A DNA stretch of 63,699 nucleotides, the filler included, from Bigelowiella natans CCMP2755 (taxonomy: Eukaryota > Protista > Cercozoa): NCBI GenBank assembly GCA_000320545.1. It is 6 parts of 6 records of this genome, joined end to end, with 100 filler letters (N's around TTAATTAATTAA, not from the genome) between each part and the next. Parts side by side here need not be neighbours in the genome. Positions count along the whole stretch, not along the records: positions 31,301 to 50,602 come from ADNK01002655.1; 5 more parts are not named here. One strand, 5' to 3'. Each line of letters starts with the position of its first letter. Position 1 is the first letter of the stretch. The notes beneath the pieces were generated by a model. That model did no database searches. It was not told where the DNA came from and saw only the letters and a list, made by a program, of their open reading frames with translations. A program made the position numbers and the translations under genes. Positions 37,893 to 50,600 of this stretch are shown here, piece after piece.

Positions 37893-40800
37893 ATGAGGAG
37901 GATAATGATAATGGCGGCGAGGGTCCTTTTCCTCACGAACTTGCTCATCGCCACTGATTCACAGATCCATATCGGAAAACCATCTACGAGTGCGTTTCGC
38001 CCGATTCATGTTCTGAAGCTATGGCGACCAATATCTACCCGCGGGCAACGACTAACCCCTTTGCGACGGCAACAACTTCGAGACACGTACCAGACCGACC
38101 CGTGCCGTTTGCGGCGGCTTGGCGCAGGTTACTATCATTGTCACAGAATTCTAAAAAGTTTGACCTTGGCTCTCGTTGCATGCCCTCTCAGCAGCCGGTT
38201 ACGTCAATGGCCACGGGATGGGGTCGTTATCGCGAAATAACTCCTACATCCAAACGCCACACCGAAACGTTCATCGATTCTTCGTCGCTGAGGTGATGGT
38301 TTCGTCAATTTGGAATGATTCAAGCGACTGGTGATTCATGTTCAACGTCTCTGAAGCAAATACATGTTTTAGGGGAAAAGCGGGCGCGCTTCAGATCTCC
38401 TCGCCGAAGAGCTCGGTATGGACGACGAGGAAGCGAAGCGCTGGATAACAAAGGGTGCAGTGTGGTACAAAGACAGTCAATGGGAATCCAGGAGAAAGTT
38501 GTGCTAATCACAACGCTAACATTACGACTGTTCGGTAGCAACTCCTGGTGGTGATGTCCCCCCCCCCCCCTCTCATGAAAGCTTTTCCTTCGTAGGCATG
38601 CCAGGCTTCTCCACGACATTGAGTTGGACGAGGTATGTTGCTGTCATCAGCAGAGTTCGGGGTGCAAATACAGAGTTTATAGTTATTGAGAAGAATTATG
38701 GTGGTGGCTTCCAATAAACACCTTGCATCCCTCCCATCCAACACAAAAAAGCTTCACACAAACCCTATCGAATAGGGGGCGTTTCTGCAAGTTTACAGCG
38801 CACACAGAGATTTTCCAGAATGCAGCATCGATTGGGTGCGTTTGTTGCTCATCATTCGAGCAGCTGAGAGCCGCTATAAATATATCACAGCAATCAATTG
38901 TTGCAGTCGTGAATTTTCCATCCTTAGTCTCTTCCCCTCAGTCCCTGCATCTTATGATCTGACATAACACAGAAGGGAAGCGTTATAATCGACGAAACGG
39001 AAGATTTCTTCGTCAGTCCTTAAATTTGCTATTCGTCATTGATGTTGCTCCTGTCTAGACGAACACGCACTCGAACATATATCTATGTAAATAATGTGTG
39101 TGGAAGAACCTATATCTGTAGCAAGTGCCATAATCGCGCTTCGCTTGGTTATTACGGGAAACGAATCGTACAAATCCATCATTACTGCATCTGTCAAATG
39201 AAAATAAGAGTCTTCCATCCCCCACATCAACCCGATGCGCTCTATGAATGATCTAGTCCTCTCTGAATACTAGGTCATCAACAAACCACGCGGCTGCCCT
39301 TGCAGCCCAACTGTCGACAACTACTACCAGAACGTGCTGGTGAATATGCAGCAGGTCGATCACCTTGTAGAGGGAGTCGTATGCTAGTTTTCGCTTCACT
39401 TTTTCGCAGACAAGTTGATGAAAAAGACGAAATCGCACTTTGTATTCAAAGCTGAAGGGGCCGATATGGTCAAGTCTCTGGCAATTGATATTTTCTTCTT
39501 TTCTTCCCCTATCCTCCCTCTTTCATCCTGTTAGTTCTGGGAGCAGCAGCAGCAACAGCTCTCCCTTCCCCATAAGCTAGATCAAGATACGGGTAAAGAG
39601 AGAACAATGACGGATGTTAAAAAAAGATTTATCGAGAACGCCCGATTATTAGCCTGTGTGTCGTCTTGTACGCCTCATTGCTACCTACGAATGCTTCTCA
39701 TAGGAGGTCTTATGCTAGTGGCAAAGAGTGCAGATTTCGTCCGAAAATGGAGCCAAACGTGAGTTTATAATTATTGAGCTAATGAAGGAGAGGGGAGGGA
39801 CGGGGAGGGACTAAGGAGTGTTTGATTTTGTGAAATGAGCGTGTAAAGAGCGGTAGATTTCTTTCCCCCTCTGATGAGAATTGCGTGGCATAATACGCAC
39901 GAGCTTTCTTCTTCAGCGCTCGCGCCATTGTTAAATTATCCTTCCTCCCCCCCCCCCTCCCCCCCCACCCCTGCGCTACCCACCATTGTTTCAAAGAACA
40001 TCTGTTAAGAGGTACCGAGCGCTTGTCGTTCCGAGTAACACTTCATCTGCAGAAAGGTAGTTTCTTCGACGAATTTCTGTCCTGGAGCAATGATGTCCTC
40101 GATGGTGAGGGCAATGGCGAGTACGTGCGGCCTTCTTAGAATCTTTTGTTGTTCGTTAAATTCTGTTGCTGCTGCTGATTTGATGCTACTATGTTGGAAT
40201 GTGACTGCTAACAAGACTAAAGTCTCTGACTGGTAGCGTGATGACACACTGGCGAAGCCCTGTCGGCCCCCCCAAGTTGTTAAGAAAGCTCATACGATGA
40301 GATGAGCGAATAACACACAAATATCTTTATATGAAGAGTTGGGTGGATTAGTAAAAAGTAGCTTCATGCATAGTTCGTCGTGTTCTCTCTCCCCTGCGTG
40401 CGTGGGGTGTTTGTGTGGCTCGTATGTACAGCCCCCCCCCCCCCCCAGCCACTCCGATGTTTGGTGATGGCTATGTGTGTGATACTCTTATGGTTGACAT
40501 TATCTTCTTTTTGCTTTGATTAACTCACCATATTTCACATGTCATTGTTGTTGTTACTACTGCAACAAGGGGCTTGTTCCAAGACCTGCCTCCTCCTGAT
40601 GTTCCGAAGTAAGGAAAACTACCTATCGACTTGCTTCCCCCCCCTCTTCCCCCTCTCTCTTTCTCTCTCTCTTTCTCTTTCTCTTTCTCTTTCTCTTTCT
40701 CTTTCTGTCTGAATTATACTACGATGAATAATATATAAGAGTGGGATAAAGAAGAGCCAGATTGCTACTTTTATATATTAAAGTAACGTGCGGTGGTCTT

Positions 40801-41846
40801 TTCGCTGCTTTGTCCCCTCCTCCAACCAACCCTTCTCCCTCCTCTTCCACTACCATTGTCTCCTATCTCATCTATGATTAGAACTGGGAAGCTGTCTTGG
40901 AAAGAGTGTAAGAGCATCGTCTTGTCGGTGAGGGAATATAATGGAGACTCATACACGCCCCCCTCTACCTTGAAGAGGGCAGAGAAAGATGAGGACGAGT
41001 TAAGGAGGGGAGGAGGCTCTTATCAACCACTCTTGGAAGTAAGCCTTATCATCATTGCCGATCAGCGATTTATTTCGTACATTATTGCAAAATGTTCGTC
41101 TATAAAACCGCCTTCGCTTTGGGTCTTGACTGAAACTTTTTAGGTCGAATTAGAACTAATAACGGGAAGGACCCACCAGCTTAGAGGTATGTCTCGCACG
41201 GAAAGTAAAGGGAGGAAGGGGGGGGGGGGGGGGGGGGGGGGGGGCTTTCCGAAATTTATTGTTACATGAAAATGACTGGCAACATCATTTGGTGCGTGAA
41301 TGTATATTAATTTCTCATTTTAGATGTGATCCTATCCTGATTATGTTTCAATTTTTTGGTCGTCGTACATTCATTAAGAAAGCTCTTTCACATAGGCCAA
41401 TTAGGAGCGATTGGGTGCCCGATATACGGTGACATGCTGTACGTGGATTCCTACAACGACGAAGACAGGAGGTCAGTGGTTAACGCCGTGTGATTTTTGC
41501 GTAGTTATATAGTATACAAACGAGCTTTTTGAGGAGTCCGTAGCGAGTTACTCTTATCGTCATTTGTGATTCTTGGCAGGTATGTTCCGAGCCCAGAGCT
41601 GTGCTTGCAAGCAAAGTTGTATTTCTTTTGTATTTTGTTTTGACTTTTTTTGGTAAAATAAGTGCTGTTTCGCGAAACCAGCATGCAAAATTTGCAACCT
41701 TCGAACTGGCTTTCACTGTCGCATGCTCAGGACGGCAATGTGCGCTAATCATTGACATGCTTGATTTGTTCCTTCAGATATCTTGCGTTCGAGTTTACGG
41801 CGGCAACCGCAGTGACTACTGTAGACAATGGAAGGAAAAAGGATGA
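37893..41846 (+). CDS. RluA-family RNA pseudouridine synthase, multi-exon, possibly organelle-targeted; ends approximate
   Basis: VINKPRGCPCSPTVDN (39272-39322), PHKLDQDT|GGLMLVAKS (39569-39730), KRYRALV, ELITGRTHQLR|GQLGAIGCPIYGDMLY (41144-41442). Hydrophobic N-terminus. Confidence 0.85.
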
Positions 41847-41929
41847 TCTCGAGGTGTCGCCAAGGTCTTTTGTGTTCGAACTTCAAACTGCTTGGTGGGA
41901 TTAAAAGATTATCAAGATTTAATGTGAAA

Positions 41930-42270
41930 ATGGCATAACCGCATGGAGCATCATGTGTTTATTCACAGCTGCTCTGTGTTGTATGTTTGAATGCGCTACA
42001 TGCAGCGCGCACTAGCGTACTTACGTATCTAGGAATTTGCACCGTGCACAACTAGACAATTGCAGCGTGTGTTATCATGTTGTGGATGAATTCCGTCACA
42101 CACAGTGTGCTAGCATGAACAGCATGCACATGCGCGTTTCCTGTGAAATGTGTCATCATGGCTCATCATGTGAAAGCTTGATTGTTACACTCGTGATCGT
42201 CGTGCGATCGTCGATCTAGCGATGCTACGTGGCTACGTGGGAAGAATTTGAATGAGTTGTCTAGTTGTGT
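41930..42270. terminator. CTAG/CATG-rich spacer between the pseudouridine synthase (+) and U2 snRNA (-)
   Basis: 6 CTAG in ~260 bp with many CATG/TGCA. Confidence 0.4.
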
Positions 42271-42413
42271 TCGTCACGCGCTTGTCTTCATCATCCTGCA
42301 GATGTGTCTCTCTCCCTCCCTATTAAATCTCTATCATTCTCCCTCTTAATTCTCTCTCCCTCCCTAATGATTCTCTCTTAATTCACTCTTCCTCCCTCTT
42401 CATTCTCTCTTGT

Positions 42414-42473
<60 letters not shown>

Positions 42474-42752
42474 ATTCCCTTTTCTCAACTCTATTTTTTT
42501 TTTCAAAGCGTCCTTTTTGCCACCCTCGTAGTCATAGTTGGGCTCGGCTCGGCATGCGATGGGGGAGAGAAAGAATGTGCTCGGACCTGCGATCTTTCAG
42601 TTCCGCGCGAAATTCTAGGAAATCTAAACATTACGGCGAGTTTTCTCCTGCGACATGCAGGGCAGACGGACAGAATTAGGCAAGAACAAAAAATTTTCGA
42701 AGTTTTTGGGTGGTGTGGTTGTCGTATTGGTTGGGAGGTACCCGTAGGTACC

Positions 42753-42937
42753 AGCAGCACTCGGTTGAAAGGTGCAAGACCGAGGCCACTTACGAGAAGG
42801 CCATAGCAAGCTATGGTGGCTCCTCACGGCTCAAAAATAAGTTTAATCTTGAAGCGACCCAGTGGGCCGCGTATCAGAGATTAAGCTGATAAGAACAGAT
42901 ACTACACTTGATCTTAGCCAAAAGGCCGAGAAGGTAT
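42753..42937 (-). ncRNA. U2: U2 spliceosomal snRNA
   Basis: Minus strand reads ATACCTTCTCGGCCTTTTGGCTAAGATCAAGTGTAGTATCTGTTCTTATCAG with branch-point-pairing GTAGTA, Sm site ATTTTTG, and stem-loop IV CTCGGTCTTGCAC..ACCGAG. Confidence 0.97.
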
Positions 42938-43399
42938 GAGTAAATGTTGTTCACAAAATCACGAACGAACCCGTTCCAGCTGCCTATCTTCGCCATTCCA
43001 GGCTGGATGACGAGCTCGATTTCCGACGGAAATCGCTCAGACTTCGCGCCTTTTTCTCGAAAAGAAAGGGAATTTGTGGGAGCAGGAGGGATCTGGGTGA
43101 TTTTGGGGTAAAATACCCGGAGTTTTTCTGCGGAAAAGATTGATTTGTCGTGTCGCGAGGAGGGGATTGGCGATGCGAGATGTCAGAACGAACAGTTTCC
43201 ACTCGTACCCGGAAGCCGTATCCCCCGAATCTTCTTAATGAATTTTCCAAACACATCCCTCTAGGCTTCCCTCCCCTGCTCTTCTCAGTCATTAGGAAAG
43301 ATTTATCGTATTCCGCCTTCTCCTGAGGTACGCTGTAAGGTTGTTTTATGGCTTTATAAACGCCTGATCATCCGTGTCTACACAGGGCCAAATACCAGA

Positions 43400-44149
43400 A
43401 TGGATCCCCTCGTAAACCCCCCCATCCTGAAGATACCGAAGAAGAGAAACTCGCCTAGGAAAAAGGTTCAGTTGATTGAACACTTTTCGATCAATATAAA
43501 GTTAACACTTCCCACTCTACAGCAACAGCTTCAAGCCTCAAGGGCCATCATCGCTCCCCCCAACTCGGCCGTCAATTCGGAGAGTAAATTAGGCAACGGT
43601 CTCTGTTGATTAACCACGCCTGTTTTTGAGAATCAAAGCAATGCAAAATATTTCCGAAGCCTATTCGTACGTGCACATATCTTTTATGGAAAATGAAACG
43701 TGAATGTGTTTCATCAGTGGTGGGCAGTGATGACAAGCTTCGCGAGCGATTTGAGAACATGAAATTGAAAAGAAACAAGGTGCTGAATAGAATAGGGCGG
43801 GCTACTGTGGAAGGACATTTCGTTCCACATGCGTCAGTGGGTACTATATTAGAGCGCGAAACAAGTAGCGCTGGGATGTTAATGAACATTTTGTCAGGAG
43901 AAGGGTGGGGAGGGTGGCTTCGACTTGCGGAAGGCTTTTGGTCCCTTTGGCACATGATTTGTACGACTTTGTCAATTATTTTACAGGGGCAGCGAGATGA
44001 TAAGATAACTTCCGTTACGATCAAGTAGGAAAACCGCAGAACTATCATCATGTCTCATCGCTTTCTCTATTTTTGAATTTATCTATCTTTAGCACACACA
44101 CACACACACACACATACACATACACATACACACGCACAACTTAAGTATC

Positions 44150-44202
<53 letters not shown>

Positions 44203-45744
44203 TTCTTAGCTAAATAGGGGGTTTCGTAAACACTTCGCATCTGTTCCATCAGATCTCTCATATATTCAAATCTTGCTACGAGATCCTTCTAAATCTACCT
44301 ACAGTCCCCCTCCTCCCCATCCATAAGTGCTGATCCCACACATGTCATATCTATATCATCGTCATCATCATCGTCTCCTTCTTCTACTTCTTTATTCAGA
44401 GCTTCCATCGCCATTGAGGGAGGAACAGTGCGCAAGAAGTCCGTGCCGGAAGAGTGGCAGAAGGCTCTCAATGTATTAATAGCAGCCAGTAGCTTCGTGC
44501 ATTTAAACTTTCGGCCTCCTCCTTCAATTACATGACAATTTTGCTCCAAAACTACATGGGCAGCGTGTAAAGTTCCAGTTTTCATGTAGCAGAATTTCTC
44601 GCTAAACAGTTACGCAAAGTGTTTTAAGAGAAAGAATAGGGAGGGAGAGAGAGGGGGCGGGGAGGGAAGAAGATGGCCATCTCACGTATATGTTGTGAAA
44701 CTATTATAGGCTACGTTCGGCCTCCCGCCCCAACTTTGTACCAACACGCGTGTGAAAGGGTACAAGTCTCCAATTCCGACAATCTTAGAGGTCTCTTTCG
44801 TGAGAGTACATTATCCTACTTTCCTACTTCTAAAGTTAAGTTTGGAGATTCTGATGATTTTGGTTCCCCGACACTGCTGTGGCCAGCTGAAACATCTTGA
44901 TATTTTTCCTTGCTCCCACATGCGAACACGGTTTGAAAGCTGCGTATGTTGCTGTGTTTGGCCTCTTGCATTGCCTTAACAGGACATGAGAAGCATGCTT
45001 CGGAACATCAATGGGTTCTGTTCGGAGGGTATTTTTCGCCTTGCTCCCGACAAGCATCACTTTGACAAAGTTGGAAGAAGAAGAAGATGATGATGATGAT
45101 GATGATGGAGAGGGAGAATGGGCGTGATAGGAGGATGACGACTATGATGATGATGATATTGACGATGACGATGATTCTTGGTGAGAATGTGAGGGCGATT
45201 GTGACGTTAGTTAGTAGTAGTAGTAGTAGTAGTAGTAGTAGCTACGGTGTGTAGTGGGCATGGCGTGTACACCAGAGCATTCATGTGATCTTGTTTTTCT
45301 CTTTCTCAATTTAGTTTAAGGAGGACATCAGCAGCGGGAGCCAGAAGTACCGCGAATGCAGAAATGCAAACTGCATCGCTAATCTCATCAAGGTACGAGA
45401 CAGACATCGGAGAGGCTGTTCTTGTTACTTGCAGGATTCCGCCCTGCATCATCACCCTATTCTCCCTTCTCTCTGTATGGTAAAAATGAGACATGTGAAT
45501 ATCCCGCAGCAGCAATGTTGCCTTTATAATGTCAAACGATTCTGCCTCTTTCCACGCTCGGAAGAAGGCTGCAAATCTGCTTCGCTGACGTACGATGGTA
45601 CTGTCATCAGGTGTGGTTTCGAGACCTGCCCGTCCCTGCATTGCATCTCGTAGACTTCACTCAGATCGCATCCTGCGTGGAGAAGAAAGATAGGGTCTTT
45701 GCCTCGGTGCTGCTGGGGACTTTACCAGAGCCACAACAGTAGTT

Positions 45745-45775
<31 letters not shown>

Positions 45776-46261
45776 AGAATATCCAACGCATGCTCGAAAC
45801 ACATCGTGCTCGAGATTAATCACAATCGTATTTTACTCGTGCTTACGAATAGCATATCACGAACACAGTAAACGGTCCCTTTCATTTTCTTGCATTGTGT
45901 GTCGCAAAATGCATGCGCGTATCCCATGAGCACACACACTCCCCCCCCACCCACGACCCTCACACACTTCGCACCTGCAGATCAATTCTGAAGTGGCTCT
46001 TGGATCTGTGCGTCGAGGTGCTAACACTGCATCCATCCCATCGATGCTGATGAGTTATATAGATCATCTATCCTAGTAGCATGGAGTGAGCAAATAAACT
46101 CTGTCATCATCATCCTCGTCACCGTAATCATTATCATCATCATCATCTTCTTCTTCTTCTTCTTCACCATTGGCTAGTTGGTTATTGGTATTTGACAAAA
46201 CATCTACCTAATCACAGGTCACAGCTCAATCCAAGAAGAATCGAATGACGCCCGAGGTCAA

Positions 46262-46302
<41 letters not shown>

Positions 46303-46558
46303 AACGCTCATACGGGTACCGCCACGTAGATACAAAGACGCGCTCGCAGCATGCGTACACTCACTACTCGACGATGCAGAGATCATCATCCCTAGGCAGA
46401 CCTCGTTTGCGAGTCAATTTGAAATAACAACAATGAGAAGAATCCCTTGCGCAACAACAACTCTTCTCGATAACTTTATTTGACCAATTCTTCACGGATT
46501 TGTAGGCTCTGGCAATCGTAATCGCTCCGAACCTTTACCGGTAAGCTGCAGCCATTAC

Positions 46559-46595
<37 letters not shown>

Positions 46596-46833
46596 TGTGT
46601 GTGTGTGTGTTTGTGTATCCGTGCTCATATCTCTGTCCCCATGCATCATCATCATCATAATCATCACCATCTCTGCTGTTTCTAAGACAAAAGACGCCTG
46701 ATTCTTTCTTGCTTGTCGCCACACCCACCCACCCACCCATCCACCCATCCCACCCATCCCACCCATCAGAGTGCCAGAGTTTGACCCCACAGACATGCAA
46801 TCCGGACTAGCAGCCATGAAAAAAACCAAAATG

Positions 46834-46870
<37 letters not shown>

Positions 46871-47234
46871 CTAACCTTAACCCAAACACGCCTCTAGAGA
46901 GTAGTTGTTGAAGGCCAACGAAGGGGGAATGTAGGGAGAGAATGCTAGCACGATGAGAGGCCGCTACTAATTCTACCGAAGAAATTTAGCTGAGAGTCGG
47001 TCGTGTCGCCACTAATGAGAGAGTGTCATGGCTCGTTCCCTCCTTCCGCGAGGCGGCTGCAGTCAATGAGTCGAGCGTATTGCTTTATCGATGGTTTGTT
47101 CTTGGCAGATATTCCAAGTTCTGGAAGAGTCTCATAGAATGGAGGTGCCCAATATCATTTGAAATATTTAATTAAATGATGTATCCTTCCTGTATACACA
47201 TCGCTCTCGTGGGTACGGGGGCATCGCTCTCCCT

Positions 47235-47307
<73 letters not shown>

Positions 47308-47362
47308 GCGTGTGTGCTAGCATGCATTCACTGCGCGTATGTATCAACCACCCATACATATA

Positions 47363-47398
<36 letters not shown>

Positions 47399-48397
47399 CG
47401 TGCATAGATTCGAGAAGAATAAGGGGCGTCCTGAGCCGGGAAGAGGCAGCATATGTCACAGCAAGGTACTAGAGTTATTTGTGGTGGAGAATTATTGTAT
47501 TCTATAGCGGAAGAAGCAGCAGCAGCAGAGGGGTCAAGAACTAACCCTTCTCCCGCTTACTTGCATCGTCTATCACCAATCTAGTCGCTGTACCTCTAAT
47601 ACTTCTCCTCCTACTATTACAACTACTACTACTACTTCTACTACTACTTCTACTACTACTACTACTACTACTATCACTGATAACACTAATAACAACAATT
47701 AGTAGCAGTAGTAGAAGTAGAAGAAGTAGTAGTAGTAGTAGTAGTAGTAGCGTTGGTCTAGCTAGTACCCCACCGAGAATGCTACTATTCGTGGTTCTTC
47801 TTCTTCCTTGGTAGGACGACCTCCATCCGCTGCTCCCGAACTATGTCGCCCCGTCTGCTCCAAGAAGAGGATCCAAAGTGCTGCTGCTGGAGAAGAAGGT
47901 AGATGATGGGCAGGGAGGAAAAAGTCCTTCTGCCGCTGCTACTTGTAGTGGTGGTGGTGGTGGTGGTGGTGGTTTGCCGTCTCCAAGGGAGAAAGCGAGT
48001 AGCAGCGGCCAGGAACAAGAAGATTTAGTGTTGAAGAAAGAGCAGCAGCAGCAGGGAAGAGGACAAGAAAGCAACGACGTGGAGAATGACGCGGCAGGGG
48101 ATGACAAAAAGGAAAAGTCCAGGGAGGATGATGAGAAACAGCAGCAGAGATCCCAGAGCGACGACGAGGATGATGATGCTGCAGCTGCTCCGAATCCAGT
48201 AGCGATTGATGATAGCCAGACCCCACAACTAAGCTCTCCTGAGCCGAGTCTGCCTCCACAAATGGATTCCGAGCTGGAGGAGGAGGGGGGGGGGATCCTT
48301 CTAATCTCGGACACCCCCGATGACAGAGTTTCGCCTCTCGTTGAAAGCTCCGGGCGTAGAGGTGGCAGCAGCGTCGTTGTATCTTGTATCATGTGTA

Positions 48398-48438
<41 letters not shown>

Positions 48439-48659
48439 GCTTATGTATTGTGTTTGTGATTTCCACCCTTACTACATGCAACTAGCGTACTTGCAAACTG
48501 TAATGCTGCCGGGTTTTAGATGATGATCTTGGTGATTTGCTTCTTCTTTTGCAAAACGAAACAAAACACAGACACAGGTTGCTCCTCAGCGCTGCCAGCC
48601 ATCCCGTCGGAGGAGCCCCCTGACTTACCTCATGAGGAGCCTCCAGCGGCCCCGAATGA
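43400..48659 (+). CDS. RhoGAP-domain protein with possible CRIB-like N-terminal segment and acidic low-complexity tail; ends approximate
   Basis: Exons: EGIFRLAPD (arginine finger, ~45025-45050), NCIANLIK|VWFRDLP, ILKWLLDLCVE|V..SKKNRMTPE|ALAIVIAPNL. Upstream SVPEEWQK resembles the GLPxEW motif that follows CRIB. Confidence 0.85.
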
Positions 48660-48689
48660 ACAGTAACATCTATCCATATATCAATTATG

Positions 48690-49280
48690 TTGGACGTCAA
48701 CTGTGCTCAAAGTGGCTGCCGGGAATCTGTTATCGAAGCATTAGGCTCGTATCAGTCGTTAGACTTTCTTGCGCGACATGCAGCGCACAGGGCGTGCCAT
48801 CAGGCCACAGATCAGGGCGTTGCGAGACTTGCGCACATACAACCCATGACTAAGAGAATATGCCGCTATTATTGAGTGCCCGTTCTAGCGTTGTCACATC
48901 CTACCTACAAAACTATTTGTCGATACAGCATCTCTCCGACATTGTCATTGTTGTGTGTCACCATGCAGATCTAGACATGCATGCAGCGCCTTTGATAGCT
49001 ACGCCACAGCGAGCTAGCGTGTCTACTACTAGCTATGTGTGTGTGTGTGTGGTTTGAATCGCTACATCATTAGGCACATTCTAGCATTCATTCTATAGCA
49101 TTGCGGGCACTGCATTCTGTCTGCTTAGCCGCTTGCTAGCTAGCTTGTCATATCGATCGCCTTGCCTAGAAACTAACAATTGTACTAAGATGGGCCAAAA
49201 ATTAAGCCCAATAATGCACAAAGCTAGAAAGCTTTGCGATGCATGCAGTTGCATTGCACTCATGCATGTTGCGCGTAAGG
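48690..49280. terminator. CTAG/GCATGC-rich spacer downstream of RhoGAP, abutted by an LTR
   Basis: About 9 CTAG in 48880-49230. Confidence 0.4.
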
Positions 49281-49592
49281 TGTTCACAGGCCGAGGCGCT
49301 ACGTGCACAAGTAGGCAGGGGGGGGGAAAGGCACGTTTGCTTCCTTTTGAAGAGTTGTGTTTATTTTTATTAAAGATTATATTTTTATTAAATCGTGCAC
49401 TGCGTAATCATTCGCGAAGCTTTCGCGAATGCCGCCGCACGTGGGGCAGCACACTTCCGGTGTGCTGCCATGAGTCCCGCCGGAACCCACGTGCCTATGC
49501 TGTATTAATATCTACGTTATCTATATTCTATATCCGCGACAACCCCTTTGTTGTCGCACGTGACTTGTGCCCGCGTAGTGGTACGCGCTACA
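49281..49592 (-). repeat. Putative 3' LTR (~312 bp)
   Basis: TGT...ACA ends, adjacent PPT, three CACGTG boxes, palindrome ATTCGCGAAGCTTTCGCGAAT. The partner LTR and TSD are not visible. Confidence 0.6.
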
Positions 49593-49643
49593 CCTCCCCC
49601 AAGTCACGTTGCTCCTTCCTTCCTTCCTTATTCCCTTAGACCT

Positions 49644-50600
49644 TCATCGCTTTCGGAACTTCACCAACCACCAGGTAATAGATTCCTCTCTAACCTTATC
49701 TCCTTTGTCGCTTACCCAGAACTCACCTTCGTCCTTAGGTTCGTGTCCATACCAGCCCTCTGCATCAAGGTCCCCCAGGACCTTATACCAGTGCTCAAAG
49801 GGTAAGTCGGGAACAGCTAGGTAGAGTAGCTGATATTTTCCGTCCTTTATTTTCATAGCTACCCTCTCCATATTTCGTAATCCAGGGTAGCCTAGATAGA
49901 CAATCTTCATGCGCCAATCGTCGTTCACCCTGACCTTATTGTTTCCATATTCCACATCGAACTTAGGTCGGGGTCCTAAACAAGGCATTGCTCGCTCCCA
50001 CACAGTAGGGTTTACTTTAACATCCTCTAGGAGCTTCTCACCGATATCATAATTCTTTAGGTGACTGATGTGGCGCAAGGTGACCCTGTTCCCATCATAG
50101 ATGTAGTACTGCTTCCTCCCCTTCCTCTCGGTAACCTTTGCAACGCCACCCCAGAAGGGGTCTTGTTTATTTCTCGATCTCAGATTTACCTTGGCCCTAA
50201 CATACTGTCCTTCCTTTAGAACTCGGCCATCGTACGGGACCTTCTCGTCTTCGCTCTCGGTATCGTCGTCGTTGTCGTCGCCTTCTTCCCTCTCCTTATC
50301 CTTGATACCTCCCCCAGACGTGAAGGTGTCGTTTACTAACCCTTGTATCTTGTCTGGTGTGGTGCTATTTATCCTGCTTAGGTTGGCCAAGGTGCGGTGG
50401 AGTCGCTCTACCTTGGAGTTGGACTGGGCATAGTATACAGGTGAGGCATCAATATTAGGGTGTGGTAGCTGTAGAAGAGAGGTCTCATTATCCACATGTA
50501 ACTTCTTTGGTATCTTGTTTATGCTAACTTCATCAGGGATTACCTGGAGCTCAGACTCCCAGGTACGGTAGCAGTTAGTAAGCCTCTGCTTATATAAGCC
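49644..50600 (-). CDS. Retrotransposon integrase (partial) with GPY/F-SH3-like module and C-terminal Dam-like (N6-adenine MTase fold) domain
   Basis: IPKKLHVDN..SPVYYAQSNSKVERLHRTL gives the second D and the E of the DDE triad. DPFWGG..V..Y..HISHLKNY is the gypsy integrase C-terminal module. It is followed by DWRMKIVYLGYPG..RVAMKIK..LYLAVPDLPFEHWYKVL. Confidence 0.8.
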   Translation of the reverse strand, partial: GLYKQRLTNCYRTWESELQVIPDEVSINKIPKKLHVDNETSLLQLPHPNIDASPVYYAQSNSKVERLHRTLANLSRINSTTPDKIQGLVNDTFTSGGGIKDKEREEGDDNDDDTESEDEKVPYDGRVLKEGQYVRAKVNLRSRNKQDPFWGGVAKVTERKGRKQYYIYDGNRVTLRHISHLKNYDIGEKLLEDVKVNPTVWERAMPCLGPRPKFDVEYGNNKVRVNDDWRMKIVYLGYPGLRNMERVAMKIKDGKYQLLYLAVPDLPFEHWYKVLGDLDAEGWYGHEPKDEGEFWVSDKGDKVREESITWWLVKFRKR

